DNA of 64,000 nucleotides from Thalia democratica (Eukaryota): NCBI GenBank assembly GCA_965202585.1, contig OZ241833.1, positions 24,800,001 to 24,864,000 of the forward strand, read 5' to 3'. Shown piece by piece: positions 37,980 to 48,964 of this stretch (position 1 is its first letter; each line of letters starts with the position of its first letter). The notes under the pieces were generated by a model. It saw only the letters and a program-made list of their open reading frames with translations, ran no database searches and was not told where the DNA came from. The position numbers and the translations under genes were made by a program.

Positions 37980-38425
37980 CAGTATCAGAGACAACCTACG
38001 ACCGGTTTCCTCCTAATAAGGACTCATCAGGCAGGTATAGTCACGTGAAACCGCTGTTGAGATCTAACCGTGCGGGCTTAAGTACAAAGTACTGGAGCGA
38101 CCGTTTGTGAGTAAAGTTGAAAAAATTGACACAGCTAAATAATTCACAGCCAAACGTCTCAGACATTGTCAGCTTATTGTGAGACTATAGTCAATAATTC
38201 TACAATAAGTTGGTTTTCGATAGATATTAAAAAGTAACTCAGTAGATGTACGCATAAAATGAACATCCAAGAAAAGTAAGACCAACAGTAACGGCACGTT
38301 TATAAATCTAATCTTTACAAGTTGTTATAGCTGTCGTTTGTCGCTTTTTTTTTACTTTTAGGAATCGAAAGGTTCCTTAATACACCAGATCCTTAGACCA
38401 AACTTTTTGAGCGCTTTTATATCGT
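37980..38425 (-). mobile_element. Penelope-like fragment: RT piece joined to 3' region with hammerhead
   Basis: 38210-38425 is near-identical to 30950-31160 and lies just upstream (in minus-strand direction) of a hammerhead motif. Confidence 0.7.
37994..38036 (-). ncRNA. Minimal type I hammerhead ribozyme (one core mutation)
   Basis: Minus strand reads ACCUGC CUGAUGA GUCC UUAUUA GGAG GAAA C CG GUC GUAGGU. Stem I has 6 bp, stem III is the palindromic ACCGGU, and the cleavage triplet is GUC. C11.1 is mutated to G. Confidence 0.75.
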
Positions 38426-40232
38426 TCTGTAATGATACTAACTTTTCATTTTAACATTTTTAAAGCGTTTGAATAAATATGGAATTTTTTGTAATAATAA
38501 AAGCATTTGATAAGTTTTCTCAAAACAAGTTTTTCCAAAACAATTTTCATTGTTTTTAAAACAAGATTTTTCCAAAACAATTTTTATAACTCTCTAAATA
38601 ATTTTCTTAAAACAATAAACAATATTGTTTACTTGAAGGAGTTACATTTGTTTCAGTGCTTATAAAATGGAATTTAACTTGCATTTACTCGCAGTATTGG
38701 TTGGTGAAGGCGATGTGCTTAAGTATGATTTATTTCAAACACGTTAAATTTAAGATGCTTTCTTGATTAAGTTATAAGATACTTATTATAATTGTATTAT
38801 CATTTGTGTTGAACTGTAGTTTTAGTTAGTATGTCGTGTGATTGTTTTACATCTGTAAATAAACTTTTGTTTACTTTTAAGTATCTTAGAAGTATTTATT
38901 TTATCTACCCATACCTATCCCCATTTGATTACCCTTAGCAGTTTAGATTGGCTACAGTTCAATAAAAATACACTTATTGTTTGTTTGACTTTTATATTTG
39001 TAAGTATGCTTATTCTAGTTAAATTAATAATTAAATTATAACTATGTAATTATAAACTGTTAATCTATCACTATCAATTTTTCCTAAATTTAACAGTTGA
39101 TTATTTTCTGATAAAACATATAACTGTTTACTTACTCAACAAATACTATAACATTTTTCCTAACAAAAGTAGTTGATAAGGGTTAGCTGAAATATATTTT
39201 ACTTGTTTGCTTAATAAAAATGTTTTTGAATGAACCATGTCTCAAATTTCTGTATAATGTTTTTGTATTACTAATTTTAGGTTTTTATTTTTAATTTCAA
39301 TGTCAAAAAATCTATTTTGAACACAGCTTTTTTCGGCTAAAACGTGCGAACTCAGCAGTGCGTACTCATGAAATGGGTACCTAAGCGGCAGGTTACTGTA
39401 TTTAGATCACATTTAAACATCAGGCTAAATGCTTAGTTTTATTATTCGAGCATGTTTAAGTTTTATTTCATAGAGAATGAAAAATGCAATTTACTAAAGT
39501 TCATTAGTATTAATTCATTGATGTAGTTAATGAGTAACTACAAAAGTAATTTTTGTTTACCAATACTTAGTTTAAACAAGAAATTGACCTTACTTTTATC
39601 ATAACAGCTTACGACAGATAAAATCAGTTATTTATACTAGAAGAAAGTTAAAACTAAGTATGATTTATTTTTTAAGGATTTGATTGAGAAATTGTAAAAA
39701 CTTTAAAATTTTAAAGGATATAGTTTATCCTTTAAAAAAAAACATGTTTTGATACCACTACTTTTAAATAAATAAACAGTTTTACAACTTATTTAATAAG
39801 AAAATTACAAAAAAAGTTTTTGTAAAATTTTATTAGGTATGCAGTATATAAAACTAGCATTGTAGTTGTTGAAATTTTTTATTTAAGTCAATTTTTTTCT
39901 GTAAAACATGATAACATAAAAAAAAACAGTGTTTTAAATTACTTTTAGATAACTACTTAAGTTGTTTACCAGTTTTATTTTACTTTGTTTGATAAATATT
40001 ATACGCACATTGGTGCATCTAAATTGTTTTTATTAATTTATTTTCCAAATCAAACTCCAGTTAAAATTTATGTATTTTTTTAGAAAGTAAAATGAACTAC
40101 TACTATACCAGATTTTTATATGAAAAATATGTTGTATTTTTTTTTCCTTTTTATATGATAATTTAACAAATATTATATATAAAACAGTTTTACAGTTGAA
40201 GTATTTGCGCATTGAAATACTGTGTTATTATA

Positions 40233-42134
40233 GGGTAGTAGTCTAATATGTACGAGTGTACACTTTTACACGAAGGGTCTAATATGCATGAAGAGGCTTT
40301 TACACGAAGACACTTTTGCACGAAGGGTCAATTTTGCACGGGTTGAAAATCTTTTTTATTTTTTTATACTTTAATTTTAGATTATTTTTTTTACTAACAC
40401 TAATACCCCCAACCCTTACCTTCGGTCAGTAATATTTTTAATCAGTAATATTATTTTTTTTATAACTTATTTTTTATTAATTGTTTTATTTTTTTTATTT
40501 TCTTGTTTTTTTAATACTTTTTTTCTATATCTATTACCTCTAAACTAGAGGTGGGCAACGTAAATAATTGACGGGCCGGATCCAAAAAAAAAAAGTTGTC
40601 AGCGGGCCGGAGCATTTCGAGTAAGTGATCTTCCTGATTCAGTTGGATCCTTTCTTAGATCCGGATCTTTATTCAAAAATGTTATCCGGATCCGGATAAA
40701 TACTAATTTTAGACAAGGTTCGTATCAGAATAGTACTAACTTCAAAAGACTTGGATCCGGCTGGATGCTAATTGATCTGGTGTTTGAAAATTTTGAATCT
40801 GTTTATTAATTACCAAGGTTCTCAAGTATAGAGTTTAAAATAAATTTTTATTAAGTACTCATAATTCGGTATTTATTACAATTCTGGACCGAATTAATAC
40901 TAGTTAGTTTTATAAAAACAATAATTTACTTACTAAAAGTTACTTGAGACTAAGATTTCAGACTAAAACATTAAAAAGTTTTAACTATTCGAAATTATCT
41001 AGTTTTGGTAATCTTTGGCTCGAGGCTACATTAATAATATTATTCAGAAGTTAACTGACATTCAAATATTAAACTACTATTTTTTTATTTAAAAAACTTA
41101 TAAAGATTTATTCAAAATTTTGTTAGATTGTAAACTGTTATTACAAACATACAAAAATAAATTTCCTAAACAAATTATACTTAAAGTTAATGAGATATTG
41201 TTTTGAAATATTGTCATCAGTTGGTCATCATTAAACTTAACCATTTAATTAATCAAAAATTCCTTAATTAAAATATCAATAGCAGAAAAAAGTGCAAACT
41301 GTAGTCTCTACTTGGAATATTCTACTAAAATGTAAAGTTGAGCAGTTTTACTTAAAGTAGGTGTCAATGTTATTAAAATCTACTTTTTAACATTTATACG
41401 AACAACTCACTACACATCTGGGAAAGACATCACATTTTTACATGTCATTTTTTATGAAAATCATTATGATAGGTAAGATCATCAAAGTTAGTTCAGCAAA
41501 AATTTTTTTTGGATAGTTTGAGAAAGAATTAATTCAACTGACTTGAAACAGAACAAGGTACTATAACAAAAGAGTGTTTTTATTACTACAAAAGTTTTAA
41601 GCCAATTTTAAAAACGTTATCAGGTTAAAGTCTTAATTTTTTTTCTCTGAAAATAATTTAAAAAGTTTTGTACAAATTTTGCAATTTATACATTGGTTTG
41701 TAGGATTTCATATAAATTTTGAAATTGCCTAGCGGGCCGGATCATCTACGCGCGGGCCGGATAAATTTTGTCCGCGGGCCGGATTCCGTTTAAATTTGAA
41801 AAAGGTTTGGGGCCGGTCATTTTGACTCCGGGGGCCGGATCCGGCCCGCGGGCCGTACGTTGCCCACCCCTTCTCTAAACCTTACCCTCTGTCGGTAACT
41901 TTTTTTACATTAGTCTATTGTTTTTTATCTTAGTTTTGTCTAACTTTTATTTAATACTTTTTTTTAGTTATTTTTGTTTTATGTTAATTATTTTGTTATT
42001 ACTGTTACCCCTAACCCTTACCCTCGGTCAGTAACTTTTATTTATCTTTTAATTTTTTTTTATTTGTTGTGTTTTACATTTTTTGTTTATTTTTTACTCT
42101 CGTGCAAAAATGAATCTTCGTGCATAAGTGACCC
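40233..42134. mobile_element. Non-autonomous DNA element interrupted by the hAT copy
   Basis: Oppositely oriented CTTTTGCACGAAGGGTC-type repeats at both ends and internal CCCTAACCCTTACCCTCGGTCAG repeats on both sides of the hAT insertion. Confidence 0.55.
40546..41872. mobile_element. hAT (Charlie-like) non-autonomous transposon
   Basis: TIRs TAGAGGTGGGCAAC / GTTGCCCACCCCTT; perfect 8-bp TSD CTCTAAAC (40538-40545 and 41873-41880); subterminal GGGCCGGA repeats. Confidence 0.9.
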
Positions 42135-42424
42135 TTTTTTGAATAATTAATGTAGTAAAGTTTAAAAAACTCAACATTTTGTTATTAGTTAATGTACTGT
42201 ACATGACATTAAACTGTATCCTGGTGTATGAGTCGATAACCGAAAGGTTTTTCCGTATACCAGGTCCTTGGAAAATTCTTTTATGCGCTTTTTTCTTTCG
42301 TTCAATAATATCTATGTATATGTGCATATACATCAATCAAATTTTCAAGCTTTACAAAAACTTCAACTGTAGCTAAAAAGAAAATCAGAAAAACTGGTTT
42401 GTATCATAAACTATAAATGTTTGG

Positions 42425-42845
42425 TTAATAAAAACAGTTTAGATGCACCAATGTGCTTAAATTATTTATTTGATATAAGTGAAACAAAACTGGTAAACTG
42501 TATTAGTTACTATCTAAAAGTATTTTTTTAAATTGTTTTTTTATAAGACTATCAGTTTTTATAAAAAAAAAAATTATTCAAAAAGTTTCAACAACTACAA
42601 TGCTAGTTTTATCTACTGTATAAGTAATAAAATTTTACAAAAAACTTTTTATTAAATAAGTTCTATAAATGTTTATTTAACTTAAAAGTACTGATATCAA
42701 AACTTGTTTTTTTTTTAAGAGTAAATTGTATTTAAATTTAAGTTTTGAATTTCTAAATCAAATCCTAAAAAATTAAATCTTGTTTCAGTTTTAAATGTTT
42801 TTCAGAGAAACTTGTGATATTATCAAGTATTTGCAGATTACAAGC
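42425..42845 (-). repeat. Inverted, diverged copy of 39600-40035 (also of 31800-32150)
   Basis: For example GCACATTGGTGCATCTAAA and AAACTAGCATTGTAGTT are present in reverse complement. Confidence 0.75.
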
Positions 42846-43061
42846 TAATGCCAAAGGTATTTAAAAATATAAAAAAACTGCACACTTGAATGTTTAGTAG
42901 CATATATGTTTTTTTACAAATCTTTTTTACAATTATAACTTTATACTTTAGTTTAGCTGTCTTATCAGTATATCACAAATTTTTCAAAATTTATACAAAA
43001 AGATTCAAAAGTATTTTTTTGGTTATTCAATTTTTTCACGTTTACATATATGTCTATGTAT

Positions 43062-43728
43062 ATATTTATCTAATTATATAAAAACTATAATTTAAACAGC
43101 TGTTTCACACATTGAAATGTAAAATTTCATGTGATCGTCAGTAAGTTACAGTTTATTATAATAGTGAACAGAAATTTCGATTTTAAAATTTTTGTAATAA
43201 TTGTGACGTAGTAGTGGTACAGTTTATTGTACGATTAGCTGAATTTGAAATAATACGCTGTGAATGTTAATTTATGCTTTTTAGGAGTTTAGAAAGGTTA
43301 TTTTGGAAAAATGTTTTAAGCTATTAGAAAAAGTTTTATAGACTGTTGGGAAAAATGTTATAAAATACTCGTGTTTGCCGCTTCGATTTTATTTTGTTTT
43401 AATATTTAGTTTGTTTTAATTTTGTTAAAAAAGTATTTTTGATAATGGATGCATATGTTTTGTCTTTCGCTTTTCTTGTTTAGTGTTACGTTCTTATCTG
43501 ATTTTTCGATTTCTGTTTTTTCTAAGTTACAAAGTTTGCAGCCGAATTTAGTATTGAATTTTAATTTTGTCCTATTTAATATTTTCCATTTAATGTTGTA
43601 GTCTGTATTGTTATCTTTTAATTTCCATATGTAATTCGCTAATTCTGTTGTGTGTCTTTTGTTACTTGTAAGTTAGAAATTATTTAACAGCTGTTTAGAT
43701 TATAGTTTTTATATAATTAGATAAATAT
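43062..43728 (-). mobile_element. Penelope-like (Neptune-type) endonuclease C-terminal fragment with 43-bp inverted ends
   Basis: Open frame 43406-43672 encodes TELANYIWKLKDNNTDYNIKWKILNR...CKLCNLEK...LNKKSERQNICIH. The inverted repeats at 43062-43104 and 43686-43728 differ by 1 mismatch. Confidence 0.72.
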
Positions 43729-43876
43729 TTAGCTCCAATTTAATTTGTCGAGCACTATCGATCAGAACTTTTTATGAAACCTTTAATATGTATATACATA
43801 AAAAGGTTTATTTAAAGATGCAAAACTCAAAGGACTCGAGTGTGAAAAATTTAATTTATTAAGTTAAACAACTTAA

Positions 43877-43879
<3 letters not shown>

Positions 43880-43924
<45 letters not shown>
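43880..43924. repeat. (TA)n microsatellite
   Basis: About 22 TA units, ~320 bp upstream of gene copy B. Confidence 0.97.
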
Positions 43925-43927
<3 letters not shown>

Positions 43928-44248
43928 CGTGATCAGATGCAAGTTTTGTGAGCCACTAATAGTCTTTTTAACATATTAAAAGTTGTTTACAAAATATATA
44001 AGTTGATGTAAATAAAGACTAACTAAGTGAAGAAAACAATTTTTAAATGAACGAATAAGATATCTTAACATTTAAAGTTAGAAATTAAGTGTACAAACTT
44101 GTATTTAACTTGTTTTGTAAGTTTCTAAAAAGTTTTAAATACAAAAGAAGTTTTTATATATTTAAAAACTAAAAAAACTGTTTTATCAAAATTCCACACT
44201 AGTTATCAATAAACTTATATGATACTTTTAAAAGTTTTTTAATACACT

Positions 44249-45187
44249 ATGAACCACAAGTTTGTAAATGCAAAAGTTTCAATTGAATGTCGTTACATTA
44301 CTAAGCCTGGTGTAAAAGTTGCTTATGAAAAAACAGTGTTTTACAGAAGAACAAGAAAAGCAAAGCAAATTCTTGAAAATAGTTCTGGAGATCTTGTAGT
44401 TAATACAGACATTGGTATTGAAGGTTATGGACTCAAAATTTCAAGCGCTATAAAATACAGTTGGTCAAAATCATATTCTTTCGCTACTCAAAGTGAAAGC
44501 GAAGAATTGTCTTTGACAGAAAAAAGAGTAGAGTATTATGATCAAGTAACTATTTTATCTAGATCTATTCGTTTTGTATATTTTATAGAAGGACAAGTGG
44601 TTGAACATGTCGAAGACTCTATTATTCAGCATGTAACAAGTAACGTTTATTCTCTAAACGAACTTAAAATAGAAGCAAAGAAATATATGAAAAATACATA
44701 CGGTGTTGAAAATTCAACAATTTTAGAAGCTTCTTTCAGTGTAAAAGTAAAACTTTATGAAATATGGAAACCATTCGTTAGAGGTGATATTTTACCCAAT
44801 GATGCTGTTTATGCAGGGAATACTTCAACAGATGGTGCATTGTATGTAGCTAGAATCGAGAACACTCCTGGAAAAGTTACTTTAAAAAATGGTAAAATAC
44901 ATGAGTTTTGTGTACGAAATTTAAACTGTAGTTTAACAGGTGAAATTCTACTTACTAATCGACTCTGGGAATGGAAAGAAATAAAAAGAGATTGGACTGT
45001 ACCTAAAAATGCGGTAAAAAATGGGATTAATCGTTGGGGTTATGAAGCTTTTATTGGTAAATCACTTAGTGGGGAACCTGGAATGTTATTTACTTCTTCA
45101 AACACAAGCGAAATGGAATTTATTCATTGTTATAGTGAAACTCATGTATGTCATGGTTACATATTAGTTTATCCGGAGGAAGCATAA
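44249..45187 (+). CDS. Putative beta-pore-forming domain plus 2x DM9 repeat protein, copy B (312 aa)
   Basis: Paralog of 32539..33495. The frame is preserved, with only in-frame indels (2 aa and 4 aa), and the flanks are homologous. Confidence 0.85.
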   Translation: MNHKFVNAKVSIECRYITKPGVKVAYEKTVFYRRTRKAKQILENSSGDLVVNTDIGIEGYGLKISSAIKYSWSKSYSFATQSESEELSLTEKRVEYYDQVTILSRSIRFVYFIEGQVVEHVEDSIIQHVTSNVYSLNELKIEAKKYMKNTYGVENSTILEASFSVKVKLYEIWKPFVRGDILPNDAVYAGNTSTDGALYVARIENTPGKVTLKNGKIHEFCVRNLNCSLTGEILLTNRLWEWKEIKRDWTVPKNAVKNGINRWGYEAFIGKSLSGEPGMLFTSSNTSEMEFIHCYSETHVCHGYILVYPEEA

Positions 45188-45560
45188 ACTTTGATCGCAT
45201 AGCAACCTCACGCTTGCAGAGTTCTTGCGAAATTAAGAAAAAAATATTTGAAGCAATCATTTACCGCTGACATTTTGTATTTATATTTAAAAAAAAAGAT
45301 AGTTTTTCTAAAATTCTTTGTAAGCTTATGCTACATTTATTGTTAAAAAAGTCAACTATAATTTCAAGTTCGTGTTGTAGTTCAAATTAACCGTTTAAAA
45401 TAACATCTTGATTAAAATGAATTTATTTTGTTTTTAGTTTAAAACTTTTACGTTTTGTATTGTGCTTTCTTAAAAATAAATAGTTTCACGGTATTTCAGT
45501 GCTTAAGACATAAAAATTCTTAAACCTTGATTTTGTGTTATATAAAATTAAAGATCAACA

Positions 45561-45785
45561 AAAAACATCGGCGAAAGTCAGTAGAGCAAAAGCCTGGACT
45601 TTCGTTTGCCGTGAGACAAGCTCATGTTTATAGAAAATGGTTGATCATGCCAATTCGATCATCAGACTACAAGTTTCGGTAGACTGAGATCGGTTGTGTT
45701 GACAAGTTTTTCGGTTGTGACTGACTAATAAGGACGAAACTGGTCTCACTCTACCGAAACTTGTGGTCTGATGATCGAATTGGCA
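45561..45785. mobile_element. Penelope-like terminal-repeat insertion with internal inversion and ~21-bp target duplication
   Basis: Same family as 23231. It has a 48-bp inverted repeat and is flanked by ATAAAATTAAAGATCAACAAA / ATAAAATTAAATATTAACAAA. The site is empty in duplicate A (~33850). Confidence 0.7.
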
Positions 45786-46718
45786 TAAAATTAAATATTA
45801 ACAAACATATCATTTCTTATTTTTTTGTTTGTATGTAGAATTTTATTAGATTATCACAAACTTTTTAAAATAAATCTATGTATATACCAATACTCACAGT
45901 ATGTTTTTACAAAAAAATACTTAATAATATTTACATCCACCCTGTAGAAAAATGTATCTTCATATAAAAACTGAAATTTTAGTAATTTTTTGATAATTTA
46001 TATATGCTTATTTTATTTACAACTTTATTAGCATATGTAATAAAAGTATTTGAAAATTAAAGACTTAAAAACCAGATTTATCAATTAACTAAAATTCAAG
46101 TTAAACTATTAATAAATAATAAACCGTGCTTTATAAAAGATATTTAATTATTTTTTTTTTTGTTTCTATAAGTACAAATGATCAAAAAAAAACCTTTTAA
46201 ACTATTTTAGTTTTTTTAATTTAAAACTATTCTACATATTACCTAGTATTGTCTCTAAAGCGTAATTATGCGTATACTAACACCTTTGTAGTTTTTATAG
46301 GCTCTAAAAATAATTAAGTTTAGCTAGCTTTACAAAAAAAAAACTCATTAAAAAAAGGATCATACTTGCTTGAAATAAAAACAAGTTGTATTAGTTTTGT
46401 CTTAAAACATTCTTATGATTTAAACAAATTTAAACAAAAAACGCAGAAATATCCACTTGGATTAAATAAAAAAGCAAAAAACAGATTAAAGAAAAAACTT
46501 CACTTTTACAAAACATAACTGAGCCAAGATTTTAGAAGTATCTTGGTATTATTCTTTTTATTTTTATACTACCTTTAAAATACCTCAGCTAACTTAAAAT
46601 TTGTTGAATTAGTCCAACATTCAGCTATTGAAATTAAGTATAATTTGAGTAAATAACTCGTGTGTACTGTGTAGTTTGATGACCGAGCAGTCCTTTTATA
46701 CACTGGGTTCTTTAATAA

Positions 46719-46997
46719 GGGTGGGTGTCAGAATGACACAGCGACAAAATGACACGGTGGGTCACTCTAGCACGGTGTGTCACTTTAGCACAGAGGGTCA
46801 CTTTAGCACAGCGACAAAACAACACTGTGCATCACTTTGGCATAGCGACGAAATGACACGGTGCGTCACTTTGACACGGTACTTCATTTTGGCACTGCGT
46901 CAAAATGACACGGTGCGTCACTTTTGCACAGCGACAAAATGACACAATACGTCACTTTGACACAGCGACAAAATGACACGGTGCGTCACTATAGCAT
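46719..46997 (+). mobile_element. Solo end of a related MULE-like element with degenerate repeat array
   Basis: Starts GGGTGGGTGTCAG, 12/13 identical to the terminus at 25232, then repeats of GACAAAATGACACGGTGCGTCACTTT. Confidence 0.6.
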
Positions 46998-47743
46998 GGA
47001 TTAACAAACCTAGAAGCAAAACTAAACTTCTTCAGTAATATAACTTTTAATTGTAAAATTTTGATAGTAATTAGTTAAACAAAATTACAGAAAGTATTAC
47101 TTAAAAATTAAGTTATAGCGGTCTAATTTAAATTGATAAAATATGTTTTCAACTATTTGTTTATATACTTCTTTATTAATGTTTTTTATCAATTTTCAAA
47201 CTAATTTTAAAGCAGATTATGTATAACAACTCAAAATACAATCACGCTAAATTGGGACTAGTTTTCAAAAAAAAAATTCTCTAATATATTTTGTATCAAA
47301 AATAATTACCAATACTTCACATAGATTACAAGCTTTTATAGTGTTTAAAAGTAGGTGTATAACTATTTTGAAATCAACGCGGGCCTTATCATATTGATTC
47401 TAAGAGCTAAATATTAGAAAGAATAATCTTAGTGCCATACACCTTGTATGCAAAAAATACTAGACGAGTCTTAAGAGTTATGTACTTACGTACGACTTAA
47501 GTATTAAACAAAATATAAAAACTTGCTTAAAAAGTTTTATCTAATACTAGATCTAAAAGCAGGAGTGGAAAACCACTCTATTAGATCAAGTTTGGAAAAC
47601 GAAACAGTTGTGTTCTAATTCATAGTACTTCTAAATCAATCAACAAGCCTTTGTTAATCGAATAAGGTTAACATAAGCCAACCAAGTATAAACCAAAAAC
47701 TTAGCTTTGCAATTTTCATTGAATATTGTATAATATTCTATTG

Positions 47744-48026
47744 CTTGGGTTGGTAGACATTTGGTGGTCGCGGGCCAAATTTCAAAAATATAAGTAATTT
47801 TTAATCTTCATTATAGAACAGGAATATTTAATGCAAGTTTCGAATTTCTCGTTTAGTACTTTTTTGTTGCTCTTCACTTCGAAACCGAGAGTATCTAGTG
47901 AAAATTTCTAATTAGCGGACCACATTTGTTTGCTGCAGGTTTTACTTTTAATGGGCCGCATTAATGTAAAAACATGCTCACGGACAGCACTTTTACACCT
48001 TGTGGCCTCAGGTTCGCCGACCCTTG
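47744..48026. mobile_element. Degenerate hAT-like MITE
   Basis: Right end GGTTCGCCGACCCTTG, degenerate left end, GCGGGCC/GGGCCGCA subterminal motifs; no TSD. Confidence 0.45.
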
Positions 48027-48287
48027 CACTACAAAAAAATTATAAATATTTTTAAACCTATAATGTACACCATTTACAACTTGCAAAAATACAGCGGGGT
48101 TGTTTATGCTTAATGGTTTTTGTGCTTTTCAGGGAGCTTTTTGTTATGAAAACTTAGTTTTTAAAATAATGACGGTTACTTTCAATCAAATTAGACTAAT
48201 GCTTCTAAAAATTAACCTGACCTTTAAAGATTTCGTTTGGATCCGATCTTAGAAAAAAAAACCGCTTAACCCGGTAGTACTAAACAT

Positions 48288-48670
48288 GGGTGCACGACTA
48301 TTCAAATTCTTAAAAAAAATTTAAAGGGCCACAACTAAAAAAGTAATGTATATTTGTCAAGTATAAAAATACATATGTAGGTCCTATTAATATCTACAAG
48401 CCATTTTTCTTTTTACAAAACATTAAGTATTTTTTGAAATCAGACTTAAATATAGTAAAAATCATAGTTATTTATAGTAATTTTAAAATATCTTAAAAAT
48501 ATTCAAGATTTTTCAAAAAAAAGTGGCTTGTAGATATTAACAAGATCTACATGTGTATTTTTATTTTTTTCAAATTTATTTTACTTATTGAGATTTAATC
48601 CTTTAAGTACTATTTTAAGAATCTGAATTGTCGGAACTTGAGTTGTCCGAATTTGAATTGTCGTGTAACC
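48288..48670. mobile_element. Fold-back MITE with 9-bp TSD (Mutator-superfamily signature)
   Basis: TIRs GGGTGCACGACTATTCAAATTC / GAATTTGAATTGTCGTGTAACC plus inner inverted arms; TSD ACTAAACAT at 48279-48287 and 48671-48679. Confidence 0.8.
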
Positions 48671-48964
48671 ACTAAACATGCAAATTTAAACTTTTTTTAA
48701 CTTAAACCACTTAAAATCAATAAAATTTTCAATTCTCTATCAATATCTTTAATTTATTCAGTTCGGCTCAAGTTAGTTTTGCAATAAAAAACTAAAAAAA
48801 AACAAGTTATTTTGATTGATTACAGTGACATGTTCGTTGTTATAAAATTTTAAGTTACAATTAGTAAAGTATTATCAATAATCAAATCATTTCAACAAAA
48901 ATACAGTTTTTAAACATCAAAAAAAAAAAAAGTAAAAAATACTTAATCATCGCAACTATTTTTA

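Larger units (their letters stand above)
38210..45940 (+). repeat. Segmental duplication copy B (interrupted by insertions)
   Basis: Colinear with copy A apart from insertions at ~39960-43915 and 45561-45785. Confidence 0.85.

Noticed and set aside
43135-43141. CTGACGA...GAAA on the minus strand as another hammerhead
   Set aside because: Stems I and III do not pair; at best a decayed remnant.
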